From Hypanus sabinus (Eukaryota): a stretch of DNA of 64,000 nt. Below the pieces are notes generated by a model. It saw only the letters and a program-made list of their open reading frames with translations, was not told the origin of the DNA and made no database searches. This document shows, piece after piece, positions 33,082 through 48,000 of this stretch (positions are counted from its first letter, which is position 1; every line of letters begins with the position of its first letter). The position numbers and the translations under genes are program-made. The DNA is taken from assembly GCF_030144855.1 (NCBI RefSeq), contig NC_082710.1:181784001-181848000 (forward strand). The letters are read 5' to 3'.

Positions 33082-36000
33082 CTACAGGAGAGAAAAAGAC
33101 AGAATATTAGAGAGTCACAAAGGACAGAAAAACTGTACATGCACATCAAATCACACAGTGTAAGGCATTGTTTGTGTCAACAACCAACGCAATCCAAGGA
33201 TGTGGTGGGGGGCAGCCCGCAAGTGCATCGCCTGTATTTCCTTAGATCTGGCATGACATCAGAAACTTCAACAGACTTCTGTAGACATGTAGTGGAGGGT
33301 GTATTGACCGGCATCATGGAAACACCAATGCCTTTGAACAGAAAACCCTACAAAAAGAAGTGGATTTGGCCCAGTCCATCATGGCTAAAGCATTGAGCAC
33401 ATCTACACGAAACACTGTCATAGGAAAGTATCTTCCATCATCAGAGATCCTCACCACCCAGGCCGTGCTCTTTCCTCACTGCTGCCATCGGGCTGAAGGT
33501 GCAGCTGCCTCAGGATTTTCACCCCCAGGTTCAAGAACCTTTACTACCCCCTCAAGCATCCAACAAAAGGGGATAACTACACTCACTTGCCCATCCATTG
33601 AGATGTTTCCACACCAAGGATCTTACGTTAAGGAATCTTAATCTTGTTATCTCATGTTCTCATTACTTACTGATAGTTGCATTTGCAGAGTTTGTTGTTC
33701 TCTGTACTCTGGTCGATTGTACATTGATCCTGCTACAGTTACTGTTCCACAGACTTGCTGAGCGTGCCTCGATCTCGAGGCAGCAGGACATTCAGACAAG
33801 CTGCACATGTGCCAGGTGCAGCAAGCTGTTAAGACCCCAAGACAGGGAACGCCAACAAGGTGACTTTTTAGAGCAGCCTGTGGTTGAGCCCACTCGGGGA
33901 AAGGCAATTCGGGATTGGGAGCCAACCTTGCTTAAGGAGCTTAAGAGAAAGGAAACCTGAGGAGACAGTGATCATAATCAGACCACAAAATAAAGAGTCA
34001 TAATCAGGCCATTTGGCCCATTGAGTCTACTCCACCATTTTATCATGGCTGCTCCAATTTTCCTCTCAGCCTCAATCTCTTGCTTTCTCCCCATACCCTT
34101 TCATACCCTGACCAATCAAGAATTTAGCAATCTCTGCCTTAAATATACATAAAAACTTGGCAAAGAATTCCACAGATTCATCACTCTCTGGCTAAAGAAA
34201 TTCCTCCTAATCTCTCTTCCAAAAGGACATCCCTCGATGGGGAGAAAATTCAAAACTCAGAGGTGCTGATGTACTTGGGAACCCCTGTGCAGGATTCCTT
34301 AAGGGTTAACTTGCAGGTTGAGGCGTTGGTAAGAAAGACAAATGCAATGTTAGCATTCATTTTGAGGGAACTAGAATGCAAGAGCAAGAATGTAATGCTA
34401 AAGCTTTACAAGTCAGTGGTCAGATCGCACTTGGAGGTTGGGCACGGTACATATCAAATAATATTCACAATAACATTAGCAGGTAAAAGAAAGGATGATT
34501 CTCCAGATATACAAGGAACACACACAAAATGCTGGAGGAACTCAGCAGGCCAGACTGCATCAATGGAAAAGAGTAAACAATTGGTGTTTTGGGCCAAGAC
34601 CCTTCATCAGGACTGTAGATGTACAAATTGACATAATGTGCATATACAATTTATAGTTAAGTATACAACAGTATAATGCTACTGGTGCTGTCATAAACAA
34701 TAGGTACCAGGTAGTATCACAATGTCCAGATGCCTCCCAGCCTAACATCCTTGTCCTTACTCTGCAGTACCTTCTGCCTCAAAGAGACTGTGGGATGGAT
34801 GGGAAGAGTTAGGTCTTAGTGCTGGGTCAGGGTGTCACGGCTGGAGAAGAGGGACGGATTGGTTCAGCTCACCCCTCCACACGGTTTACTCTGAACTGAG
34901 GTTGTGGCCTGGAACTAACCGGCTCTTGAATCAGCTGCAGTGATGACTGGCTTCATGCATGGCTGTGAACTCACTTTCAAGAACCAACCCAGAATGTTAC
35001 TTGCTTATTTTGTTGTTTGCATGACTTTTTTTCTGCACATTGTGTGTCTGACATTCCTTTTTAGTGAGTTCTCTTGCGTTTCTTTGTTTTGTGGCTGACT
35101 AAGCAAACGAATTTCAAGGTGGCATATAGTATGCGTCCTTTGATAATAAACGTCTTTGAACTTTGTTATTTTGTATATAAATGGGAAAATTCGGTACTTA
35201 CCTTCATTTATTTCATGATCGTTATAACCTGTTGAGAAAATAAGAAGTTTTAAAGGTTTTTGTTTTGTTATGTCACATTTCAGCCCTGCCCCCCCACCAT
35301 TGAGCCCATCTACACTGTCGCTGGAAATCAGCACCCATCATCAGGGACCACCACCATCCAGACCACGCTCTCTTCTCATTGCTGCCATCGGGACGAGTGT
35401 CCAGGAGCCTCAGGACCCACACCAAGAACAGCCACCAACCCTCAACCATCGGGCTCTGGAACCAGTGTGGATAACTTCACTCGCAAAACTCGTTCCACAA
35501 CCCATGGACTCACTTTCAAGGCCTCTACAACTCACATTCTCAATGTTTATTGCATATTTAATTCTTATTTTGTCATTTTTTATTTTTTGTATTTGTACAG
35601 TTATCTTTGCACATTGGTTGTTTGTCCACTTTTGTTAAGTGTAGTCTTTCATTGTGTTTGTACTGTGAATGCCCACAAGTGAACAAATCTCAGGGTTGTA
35701 CATGGTGACATACATGTACGTTGACAATAAGTTTACTTTGGACCATGTCAAATTAGAACTGGTTACATTTTTAGAGCAATAAATTCAGAACAAAGTGACT
35801 CTTCCTTTATTCGTCTCCACCCTGTGATCTATCATGAGGGCAGTTTCTCCGGTGCTGATGCATTTTGCTCTGTCTAATTCACATGTAACCTCCAAGTCCA
35901 AATAGAAAACAGGCCATTTGGCCCACAAGGTCTCTGCTGACCATGATGTCAAATAATCTAGACTGAGGCATTGGCCAGGCCACATTTGGAGCATTGTGAG

Positions 36001-39000
36001 CAACTTTGGGCCCCTTCTCTAAGAAGGAAATACTGTCATTGGAGAGTCTGATGTCAAGACTGATCTATAAGGCCATACCACATAGGAGCAGAATTCTGCC
36101 ATTTGGCTCATTGAGTCCGTCATCATGGCTTCTCCTGCCTTCTCCCCATAACTTCTGACACCCTGACTAATCAGTCTCCACTTTAAATATACCCATTCAC
36201 TTGGCCTCCACGGATGTCTGTGACAATGAATTCCTCAGATTTACCACCCTCTTGCTAAAGAAATTCCTCATCATCTGTTATCAATAGACGTCCCTCTGGG
36301 AAAAATTTGGAAAATGTGTAGCTTGGGTGGTTGAGTTCTCCGATTTTGGCAATTTATTTGCAAGCATTTCATCACCATGCGAGCAGACATCGTCAGTGTC
36401 CTGACAGCAGTAGTATGTCCCCTCACCAATCAGCTGGTTGGACAGCATTTCAGAAATTCAACTATGATGTGGGAGGGTTGATTGGCTGTGTGGCGAACTT
36501 CGTGCGTTGTGGTCGGGAATTTTGTCTGCATGGGCTCATAAAAAGGATCGAGGTCTACACGTTTGTCTACAGAATTGTTCATGAAAAATCACGCTTCTAG
36601 GAATTCTAGTGCATGCTGCGTGTTCACTTGTGCCATGACTTTCACTGATGCCCTGTCGAAGTTGTGCCGCTTTCGATCTTCATAGAGACTAGGGATAGTT
36701 GGTCATAAAACTTAACAGCTAGACTTAACAGGTAGTCCTAGACTACCCCACCATAAAAAACATCGCCTCTATCACTTGATTGGTTTCAATGAGATGCCCT
36801 TTATGTTAACATATAGGGTGTGTTTGACGGCTCCGGGCCTGTACTTGCTGGAGTTTAGAGGGATGAGGAGGGAGCCATCTCATTGAAACCTTTCCAATAT
36901 TGAAAGGCAGAGGTCGATTGGATGTGGATAGGAAATTTCCCATAGTGGGAGAGTGTAGGACCAGAGGGCACAGCCTCAGACAGCAAGAACCTCACTTTAT
37001 AACAGAGATGAGGAGGAAGTTCTTTAGCCAGAGGGTGGTGAATCTATGCAATTCACTGCCACAGTCAGCTGTGGAGGCCAAGTTATATTTACAGCAGAGG
37101 TTGATTGGTTCTTGATAGTAAGGGCATCGAAGGGTATGGGGAGAAGGGAGGAAAATGAGTTTGAGATGGATAATAAGTCAAATATTATCAAATGGTGGAG
37201 CAGACTTGTTGAGCTGAGTGGCCCAATTCTACTCCTACGACTTATGGTCTAAACTGACAGCCTTCATGTGACCAAATCTGCCCATTTTTTGCTGCGCCAT
37301 CTGTCTAAAATGTCATTTCTGCTTCCACCACCATTCCCGACAGCTTGTTCTAAGCACACACACATTGTTAAAAATTTACTTCCCCCCCCCCCTTAAAGCA
37401 AACCCTCTAGTATATGAAGTTTATATCCTGAGATTACGATTCTGACCATCTCACCTATCCATCCCTCTCACAATTTTGTAAACTTCCACAAAGTCTAAAA
37501 AGCAGAAGCTAAGCATTTCCTGGCCTCTTCTACTGCCATGGGGAGGCCATTCTCAGGCTGGAGGAGCAACCCTTCATATTCCATCCAATTGGTTTCCAAT
37601 CTGACAGCGTAAACATCAATTTCTCTATCTCCCAGTAACTTGCACACCCTACCAACCCACCTCCTTCCCTCTTCTACCATTCTGGCTCCCCTCTCATCAC
37701 TTCTCTTCTCCTCACCTGCCCATCACCTCCCTCTGGTTCCCCTCCTCCTTCCCTTTCTGCCATGGTCCACTTTCCTCTCCTATCAGATTCCCTCTTCAGC
37801 AGCCCTTCACCTCTTCCACCTATCACCTCCCAGCTTCGAATTTCAAACCCTCTCTCTCCCACCCACCCACCTTCTCCCTCATCTGGTTTCAACTATCATA
37901 TGCCAGCTTTCTACTTCAACTCTCTCTCCCCCACCCACCCACCTTCCCCCTCATCTGGTCTCACCTATCACCTCCCAGCTTCGTATTTCAAACCCTCTCT
38001 CTCCCACCCACCCACCTTCCCCCTCACCTGGTCTCAACTATCACCTGCCAGCTTGTACTCCTCCCTCGCCCCCACCCCCAACTTTCTTTCTCGGGTTTCT
38101 TCCCCCTTCCTTCACAGTCCTGATGAAGGGTGAAATACTAACTGTTTGTTCCCCTCCAGAGATGCTGCCTGCCCTGACGTCCTTCAGAATTTTGTGTCTG
38201 TTGCTGACATTAAGCGATCTCAGGTGCTCTCAACTTCATACCATGGGTCCATCGTTCTCGTCTCTCTAGCCCAAAGAATATTTTGGGTCTATTCAACCAC
38301 TTCCTACCCATGTTGCTCTGTTCACTGCAATATCAGCTGCTTAAACTTGACTAGCAAATTCTGCAACACATTTCCAAATTAAAGTCATCTTCAAGCATAG
38401 TTTACTGTCATAGACACAAAATAAGAATTTCTGCCCAATGATACTCTGAAGGTCAGTGCAAAAGCCTAAAGCTCTGATGCCAATAGTTCAGACACAACCT
38501 ACCTTCCAAAATGCAGAACAGCTTCAGTTCTGTAAACAAAGACCATGAAAGTTTGTTAGTGGCAGAGATTCTGCAGCAAATGGCAAACAGTAGAAGATTA
38601 TTTTGTACTCAGAGAGCAATATACACCTAGTGGCCATTGTATTATGTGTGGACCATCCACTTTAAGGTTCGAGGTATTGGGCATTCAGAGGAGCTCTTCT
38701 GCACACCACGGCTGTGCGTGGTTATCTGAGTTACAGTCGCCTTCCTGAACCAGTCTGGCCGTTCTCCCCTGACCTCCCCCAGTGACAGGTTTTCAACACA
38801 GAACTGCTGCTCTCTGGATGTTTTCCGTTTCTCACACCAGATTCTGTAAGCTCGAAAGACAGTTGTGCGTGAAACTCCGAGGAGATTGGCTGTTTGGATT
38901 CAGAACTGGCTGTTCATCGAAGACAGAGTAATACTTGAAGGGACTTATTCGAACTGGAGGTCTGTATTTAGTGATATTTCACAGGGATCTGTACTGGGAC

Positions 39001-42000
39001 ATCTGCTGTTTGTGCTAGAAGGCATGTTAGTAAATTTGTAAATGATACCAAGATTGGTGGAGTTGTGGATCATGTAGAAGAATAGAATACAGCATTGATT
39101 AGTTGCATGCATGGGCTGAGAAATGGCAGATGGAGCTTAACCCAGATAAATGTGAGCCGTCACACCTCGGTAGGGCAAATGCTAGGAGACGGAGAGCAAG
39201 ATCCTTAACAGTGTGGCTGAGCAGAGAGATCTTGGGATCCAAGTTCATAACTCCTTGAAAGTGGCGCCACAGGTTGATAGGGTGGTTAAGAAGGCTGATG
39301 GAATGCTTGGTTTTATTAGTCTGGGCACTGAGTTCAGAAGTCAAGCAGTTACACTGCAACTTAAGAAAGCTCTGGTTAGACCACATCAGGAGTATTGCAA
39401 ATAGTTCACGTCACCCCACTATAGGAAGGATGTTGAGGGTGCAGAAGAGGTTCACTGGGATGCTGCCTGGTTCAGAGAGCATGTGCTATCACGAGAGGCT
39501 GGGTAAACATGGGCTGTTTTCTCGGGGGCGTCGGAAGCTGAGGAGAGATCTGTTAGAGGTTTACAAGATTATGAGAGACATAGATAGAGTGGCGGTGACT
39601 GGTGGCGCAGTGACATCAGCGCTGGACTCCGGAGCGAAGGTTCCCGAGTTCAAATCCAGTCGGGCCGTTCCCAGACACGCTTTCCATCCGTGCCGGGTTG
39701 AGTGTCGAGCTCGCAACTTGGCCTCGTTAAAAAAAACTTCGCTGTGAGAAAGACGTGGGGGACCACTCACAGAATCTTCCCTCTGAGGTAACCACTTTGT
39801 AAAAAGAAGTGGTCGCCGAAGCTCTGGCAGAGTATGGCACAAAACTGGAGTGGACAGAGAGTATCTGTTTCTTAGGGATGGAATGTCAGAGAATACCAGA
39901 GAACGTGCATTGATGGTGAGAGGTAGGTTCAAAGGGGATGTGAGGGGCAAGTTTTTTTCACTCAGAGTCCTGGATGCCTGGAATGCATCCAAAGGCAAAT
40001 ACACTGGAGAGTTTTAAAGAGACGTTTGGACAGGCACATGGATTTAAAAGGATGGAGGGATGAAGGCATGAAGTAGGTAGGAGGGATTAGTGTCTGGGTG
40101 TTTTTAACTTGCTTTTTAGCTAGTCTGGGCTGAATGGCCTGTTCCTGTGCTGAACTGTTCTATGTCCTCGTCCAGCAACTAGTGAAATACTCAAACCACC
40201 CTGTCTAGCACCAACAATCACTCCACAGTTAAAATCACTTAGATAATATCTCTACCCATTCTGATGCTTGGTTTGAAAGACAAATTAATCACTTGACCAC
40301 GTCTGCATGCTTCTATGAATTGAGTTGCTACCACATGATTGGCTGATTAGATTAGTGAGCAGGTGTACTGGTGTAGTGAATGAATATCGAAAATCTACAG
40401 CACAATACAGGCCCTTTGACCCACAATGCTGTGCCAAATATGTACTCACTTTAGAAATTAACTAGGGTTAGCCGTAGCATTCTATTTTCCTAAGCTCCAT
40501 GTACCTATCCAGGAATCTCTTAAAGACCTTATTGTATCCGGCTCCACCACCATCATCAGTCCATTCCACTCACTCACCACTCTGTGCATAAAAAACTTAC
40601 CCCAACATCTCCTCTGTAACTACTTCCAAGCACCTTAAACCTGTGTCCTCTTGTGGCAGCCATTTCAGCCCTGGGGAAAAAGCCTCTGACTATCCACACG
40701 ATCAATGCCTCTCATCATCTTATACACCTCTATCAGGTTACCTCTCATCCTCCGTCGCTCCAAGTTCACTGAACCTATTCTCATAAGGCATGCTCCCCAA
40801 TCCAGGCAATAATCCTTGTAAATCTCCTCTGCACCCTTTCTATGGTCTCCACATCCTTCCTGTAATGAGGTAACCAGAACTGAGCACTGTACTCCAAGTG
40901 GGGTCTGACCAGGGTCCTATATAGCTGTAACATTACCTCTCAGCTCTTAAACTCCATCCCACAGTTGATGAAGGCTAATTCACGGTACGCTTTCTTAACC
41001 AGAGTCAACCTGCGTAGCAGCTTTGAGTGTCCTATGGACTTGGACCCCAAGATCCCTCTGATCCTCCACACTGCCAAGAATCTTACCATTAATACAATAT
41101 TCTGCCATCATATTTGACCTACCAAAATGAACCACCTCACACTTATCTGGGTTGAACTTCATCTGCCACTTCTCATCCCAGTTTTGCATCCTATCGATGT
41201 CCCACTTTAACCTCTGACAGCCCTCCACACAATCCACAACACCCCTAATCTTTGTGTCATTTGCACATTTAGTAACCCCATCCCTCATCTTCCTCATCCA
41301 GGTCACATGAAAATCATGAAGAGAGGGGGTCTCAGAACAGAACCCTGAGGCACACCACTGGTCACCAACGTCCATGCAGAATATGACCCGTCTACAACCT
41401 TCTGTGCCTTCTGTGAGTAAGCCAGTCCTGGATCCACATGGCAATATCCCCTTGGATCCCATGCCTCCTTACTTTGTCAATAAGCCTTGCAAGGGGTACT
41501 TTGTCAAATGTCTTGCTGAAATCCATATACACTACATCTACTGCTCTACCTTCATCAATGTGTTTAGTCACATCCTCAAAATATTCAATTAGGCTCGTAA
41601 GGCACAACCTGCCTTTAACAAAAGCCATGCTGACTATTCCTAATCATATTATGCCTCTCTAAATGTTCATAAGTCCTGCCTCCCAGGATCTTTTCAATCA
41701 ACTTAACAACCTTTGAGGTTAGACTCACTGGTCTATAATTTCCTGGGGTATTTCTACTCCCTTTCTTGAATAAGGGAACAACATCTGCAACCCTCCAATC
41801 CCTCTGAACCTCCCCCGTCCCCATTGATGATGTAAAGATCATCGCCAGAGGCTCAGCAATCTCCTCCCTCGCTTCCCACAGTAGCCTAGGTACATTTTGT
41901 CTGGTCCTGATGATTTATCCAATTTGATGCTTTCCAAATTGCCTTTCTTAATGTCTATATTGTCAAGCTTTTCAATCCACTGTAAGTCATCCCTACAATC

Positions 42001-45000
42001 GCTAAGATCCTTTTCCATGGTGACTACTGAAGCAAAGTATTCATTAAATACCTCTGCTCTCTTCTGCGGTTCCATACTCACTTTTCCACTGTCACCCTTG
42101 TTTGGTCCTATTCCCTCGTAGTTTACCTTCTTGCTCTTCACATACTTGTAGAAGTAAAGTGGCCACTGGGTGTGTTTTTCATTGTGCACGTACCTGATCC
42201 CAAACTCATAATCTTAAACTAAAGTACATTTGCAGATGTACATTTGCTATAACTGGGACTGGAATTCCCTGGTCATTTCTCTGGCTTTAGAGCACATGGA
42301 GCCCTTCTGAAATTATGAAAATTGCAAATAAAATAAGAGCCTTTCTTTTTTTGGGTTTTACTTTTCTCAAACATTATTCTCTGAATTTTATTGGTAGCAA
42401 TAAAATGAAATTACATGCACTAACTTCAGCTTATTAACCAGGTTCATAGGACAAATAGTTCTTTTCTTTTTGCAGTGGGAGGAGGAGCCACACCTCATGT
42501 TCCACCTGGGTAGCCTCCAGACATCAATTTTGCTAACAGCCAGTAAGTACATCCCCCTTCCTCCTTCTCCATTCTGGTTCCCCCTCACCCCACTTAAAAT
42601 GCAAATGGTGCATTTCACTGTATATTTTCATGTACATGTGTTAAAGAGCTTCAAGATGTATTTATTTTGGAGTTCGAGAAGAATTTGTTTGCAAATTTCA
42701 CAAATTTCTACAGACATATTGCGGAAAGAAATCTAACTGGTTGCATCACTGTCTGGTGTGGAGGGACCGCGTCACAGGAGACCTCCCCAGAAAATACTCA
42801 CTCAACATTTCTTCCCCTTCATCGTCAGATTTCTAAAGTGACCCATGAGTGTACAGTACCTCACTATTTTTTGCTCTCTTTTTGCCCTACTTGTTTAATT
42901 TATATATTATTTAATTTATAGTTTTTTTATTATTATGTATTGCAAAGTACTGCTAGTGCAAAACAACAAAAGGTGAAATAAAAAGGTACTGAGGTAGTGC
43001 TCATGGATTCGACGTCCATTTGGAAATCAGATGACAGATGGGAAGTAGCTGCTCCTGAATCTTTGAGGTTTCCGTACCTCCTTCTGGGTGGTAGCAATTA
43101 GAAGAGGGCACGTCCTGGGTGCCAGGGGCCGTTAATAATGGATGCCACCTTTTTGAGGCATTGCTCCTTGAAGATATCCTGAATAATACGCAGGTTGGTG
43201 CTGTTGATGGAGCTGATTAAGTTTACAACGCCCTGCAGCTTATTTCAATCCTGTACAGTAGCAAACCACCCCCATATTGGATATGAAGTGCAGCCAGTTA
43301 GAAAGCTCTGCACGGTACATCTGTCGAATTTTGTGAGTGTTTTTGGTGACATACCAAATTTCCTCAAACTGCTTATGAAATAAGTCATTCAGCAAGGACA
43401 GTCACCACGCTTCCAGCCCCATTCTGACAACTCGCTAACCCTAAGGGCACACCCTTTGAGCGTTGGAGAAAACCCTGCGGTCACGAGGTGTAGATACAAA
43501 CTCCTTAGAAACAGCAGAGAGCATTGAACCCTGACCTTACAGGTGAGCTGTAATAGAATTACACTAGCCTCTGGGCTGCCGCATCATCCGCTATCATTTT
43601 GCACCAACCTTTAATCCTTACACGCTTTCCTCTGTGGCGAAACACTTCACAAACAATGGCGCCAATCACAAGAATTAAAAACACGATAAAAGCTACCATC
43701 CAAGCGTTGGTCCTGGGAAAGAATCCCTCTGCAAAATAATATAAAAAGCATCATTGTCCGTGCCGTACTCCCACTATTGTGTAATGCAACCAGAGTTTCC
43801 AAATTTACTGACAGACCCAAATCTGAAGCGACCCCAGAACACCAACACAAGTGACTCTTAAAAGCTCTTTCTAACAGCCTAACAGGTTCGAGGGAAATTA
43901 AATTAAATTTTAAAAGCGACATGGATGCACTTAACCATGAAGAATCACATTTGTCCAGAAGTTCATGTACATCCAAAAAACCATCAAGGATCAGCTTTAT
44001 TCACCATTAGGAATGTGCCGCGGTGTGTTGGTCAGCATGCGGCAAGAAACAACAACGTTCAACAACTATAAAGAATTATAAAACAAACACTACCTGTTTT
44101 ACTGTAAGGTATAGTGATTTGTTATGCTGCTACAAAGCAACACATTTCACGTGAGGTCAGTGACAGCATGCTTGGTAATCTGCTGTTAATGGTGAAGTCA
44201 TGGGACCTGCACGGAGGTATTCCCAGGAATGATACTGTGAAACAGGAGGGCACAGTAGTGTAGAAATTCGCATAATGCTATCACAGCACCAGCGACTTGG
44301 GTTCAATTCCCAACGCAGTCTGCAAGGAGTCTGTACGTTCTCCCTCGGCTTCGTCCGAGTGCTCTGCTTTCCTCCCACATCCCAAACTTGTGCAGGTTAG
44401 TAGGTCACATGGGTGTAATTGGGTGCACTTGGACAGACCAGAAGGGCAATTTACCGTGCTGTATCTCTACAAATAGAACACACTACACTACAGCACAGGT
44501 ACAGGCCCTTCAGCCCACAATGTCCTGCTGGCATACCAATCTTAACCTTTTCTCCACATAGCCGTCCATTTCTCTATCATCCACATGGCTACATAAAGGT
44601 TTCCTACATGCCCATAATGTGTCTGCCTCTACTACCACCCATGGAAGCATATTCCATTCTCTGTGTTAAAAACATACCTCTGACATCTATATTTATTTAC
44701 TATTTTTATTTAGAGAAAGCTTATTCATTGAGTATCCCCGTAATAAAATGAACCTCTTGATTGTATATAATTATATAACGAATTTACTTTGAACTTTTGC
44801 AGAACAGGTCCCTCTGTCCCACTGAACCATGCCATCACCCAGCCACTCTCCAATTCAACCCTGTCTAAACACAGGACGATCTGTAATGACCAGTTAACCT
44901 ACTAAGTGATACATCTTGGACTGTAGAAGGAAACCGGAGCAGCTGCAGAAAGCCCACACTTTCACCGGTAGGATGTACAAACCTTCTTACAGAGGAGGCC

Positions 45001-48000
45001 AAAACTGAACTCTGAACGCCGACACCCGAGCTGTGATAGTGTCACGCTGACCGCTACGATACAGAGCAGCCTCAATCACAATAATTTCCTCCAGTCATCT
45101 AAAAATCACACCCTTTTGAATTAGCCATTTCGGCCCTGAAAAAGGTCTCTGGCTGTCCACTCCATTTTTGAATATAAATATAAATAAATAAAACTAGGAA
45201 AATTTGTTGTCACACCTGACAATTGGATTTGGGCCTCTTTCTCTTCATTCAGTACATTGTTTCTCATTACACAGGAATATTTGTTCACAGAATCGCTTGT
45301 CACATCAATCTGACTGAAAACAGCATAAAGGCCACTGGACTGGTCTTTCCGTGTAGTCAATGATTGTCTGGCCAGGTTCTCCTCATTCCCGTTCAACCAG
45401 TGCACAGTTGGTACAGGGTACCAGCCGTCAGATCTGCACACGAGACGAACTCCGTGATGATGGGTTCCTTCCAGGTCGATCCAAGGCTGCTGTCCCACAC
45501 CTGAAATTGAAATATAATTATCAGAGCAGGACGTCTCACCGTCAGCAAAACCAAAGAGCTGATTATCGTCTGTAGGTCAAGGAGGAAAGTGGAGGTGCAT
45601 GAGATAGGGCATCGGTGGAGAGGGTCAGCAACTTTACCCACCATTTCAGAGGACCTGTCCTGAGCCCAGCACACGAGTGCAATTACAAAGAAGGCACAGC
45701 AGCGCCTCTACTTCCTGAGAAGTTTGCAAAGGTTCATTTCAAACACTGACAAACTTCTCCAGACATGCTAGGCTGAGTATACTGACTGGTTGCAGCACGG
45801 CCTGGTAACAGAAACATCAAAGCCCTAAAATGGAAAAGCCTACAGAGGGTAGTGGATATCGCCCAGTCCATCACGGGTAAACCTTCCCGAACCCTGAGCA
45901 CGTCTGCATGGAGTTTTCCTGTAGGAAAGCATGATGCATCATCAAGGACCCCCACCATCCAGGCCATGCTCCTAGCTCGCTGCAGCCATCCAGAAGGAAG
46001 GAGGTACAGGAACCTCAGGACCCCCACCACCAGGTTCAGGAAGTTATCACCCCTCAACCATCAGGCTCTTGAACCAGAGGAGATAATTTTATTCACCCCA
46101 ACACTGAACTGATTGCACAAGCCATAAGCTCACTTTCAACGACTGCAACTCATGTTCTTAATACTTATTGATTATTAATTCATTTATTTTTTTCACTTTT
46201 TGCCTTTGCACAATTTGTGGTCTTTTGGCACACTGGCTATTTGCCCGTCTTTGACATTGATTCAAAGTTCAGAGTTCAAAGTAAATTTATTATCCAAGAA
46301 CATACACGTGGCCAAACAAAACCCTGAGATTCATTTTCTTGCAGACATACTCAATAAATCCGGTAAAACCCCCCACCCTCGCCTGACTGTAATAGAACTG
46401 ATGAAAGACGGCACCAACAGCGGGATCAATCGGTGTGCAAAAACTGTGATAATACTAAAAAAGAGATAATACTAGTAAATAAACAATAAATATCGAGAAC
46501 ACGAGATGAAGTGTGCTTGAAAGCGAGTTCATAGGTTGTGGGAACAGTTCAGTGATGGGGCAAGTGAAGTTAGACCCTCTGGTTCAAGAGACTGATGGTT
46601 CAGAGGCAATAACTGTTGGTGTTGGCCCTGAGGCTCCAGTTCCTTCTTTCTGATGGCCGAGTAGAGAAGATCATGGCACGGCTGGCGGGCATGGCCGCCT
46701 TCCTGCAACAACATTTCGTGTAGATGTGCTCAGTGGTGGGGAGGGCTTTACCAGTGATGGACTGGGCTGGCTCCACTACTTTTTGTGGGATTTTCCTTTC
46801 AAGGGCATTCAATAGACAATAGACAATAGGTGCAGAAGTAGACCATTTGGCCCCTTGAGTCTGCACCGCCATTCTGAGATCATGGCTGATCATTCACTAT
46901 CAATACCCAGTCCCTGCCTTGTCCCCATATCCCTTGATTCCCCTATCCATCAGATATCTATCCAGCTCCTTCTTGAAAGCATCCAGAGGATTGGCCTCCA
47001 CCGTCTTCCGAGGCAGTGCATTCCACACCTCCACAACTCTCTGGGAGAAGAAGCTCTTCCTCAACTCTGTTTTAAATAACTGACCTCTTATTCTCAATCC
47101 ATGCCCTCTGGTACTGGACTCTCCCAACATCTGGAACATATTTCCTGCCTCAATCCTATCAAATCCTTTAATTATCTTAAACGTTTCAATCAGATCCCCT
47201 CTCAATCTCCTCAATTCCAGTGTGTACAAGCCCAATCTCTCCAATCTCTCTGCGTAAGACAGCCCTGCCATCCCAGGAATCAACCTAGTGAATCTACGCT
47301 GCACTTCCTCAATTGCCAGAATGTCCTTCCTTAAACCTGGAGACCAAAACTGTACACAATATTCCAGGTGTGGTCTCACCAGGGCCCTGTACAAATGCAA
47401 AAGAACATCCTTGCTCTTGTATTCAATTCCCCTTGTAACAAAGGCCAACATTCCATTTGCCCTCTTCACTGCCTGTTGCACTTGCTCATTCACCTTCATT
47501 GACTGGTGAACTAGGACTCCTAGGTCTCTTTGCATTTCTCCCTTACCTAACTCAACACCGTTCAGACAATACTCTGCCCTCTTGTTCCAGCTTCCAAAGT
47601 GGATAACTTCACATTTATTCACATTGAATGACATCTGCCAAGTATCTGCCCACTCACTCAGCCTATCCAAGTCTCCCTGTATTCTCCTAACGTCCTCTTC
47701 GCATGTCACACTGCCACCCAGTTTAGTATCGTCAGCAAACTTGCTGATATAGTTTTCAATGCCCTCATCTAAATCATTGACATAAATCGTAAAGAGCTGT
47801 GGTCCCAATACAGAGCCCTGTGGTACCCCACTAGTCACCTCCAGCCAGTCCGAGAAACACCCATTCACTGCTACCCTTTGCTTTCTATCTGCCAACCAGT
47901 TTTCTATCCATGTTGAAACCCTGCCCCCAATGCCATGAGCTCTGATTTTACTCACCAATCTCCTATGTGGCACCTTATCGAATGCCTTCTGAAAATCTAG

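Larger units (their letters stand above)
38624..40380. mobile_element. Tc1-derived non-autonomous element split by a nested CR1 and SINE
   Basis: TA followed by the TIR-like CACCTAGTGGCCA at 38624. Sequence at 40150-40380 is the reverse complement of the Tc1 5' region seen at 22540-22680. Confidence 0.45.

Noticed and set aside
42193-42217. Candidate butyrophilin microexon ending CAG|GTACGT
   Set aside because: Strong donor, but the available acceptors give 19 or 25 nt, which break the phase-1 chain unless the TM exon uses an alternative donor. Unresolved without cDNA.
44248-44310. tRNA gene
   Set aside because: Only a tRNA-like SINE head. There is no cloverleaf and it continues into SINE body sequence.
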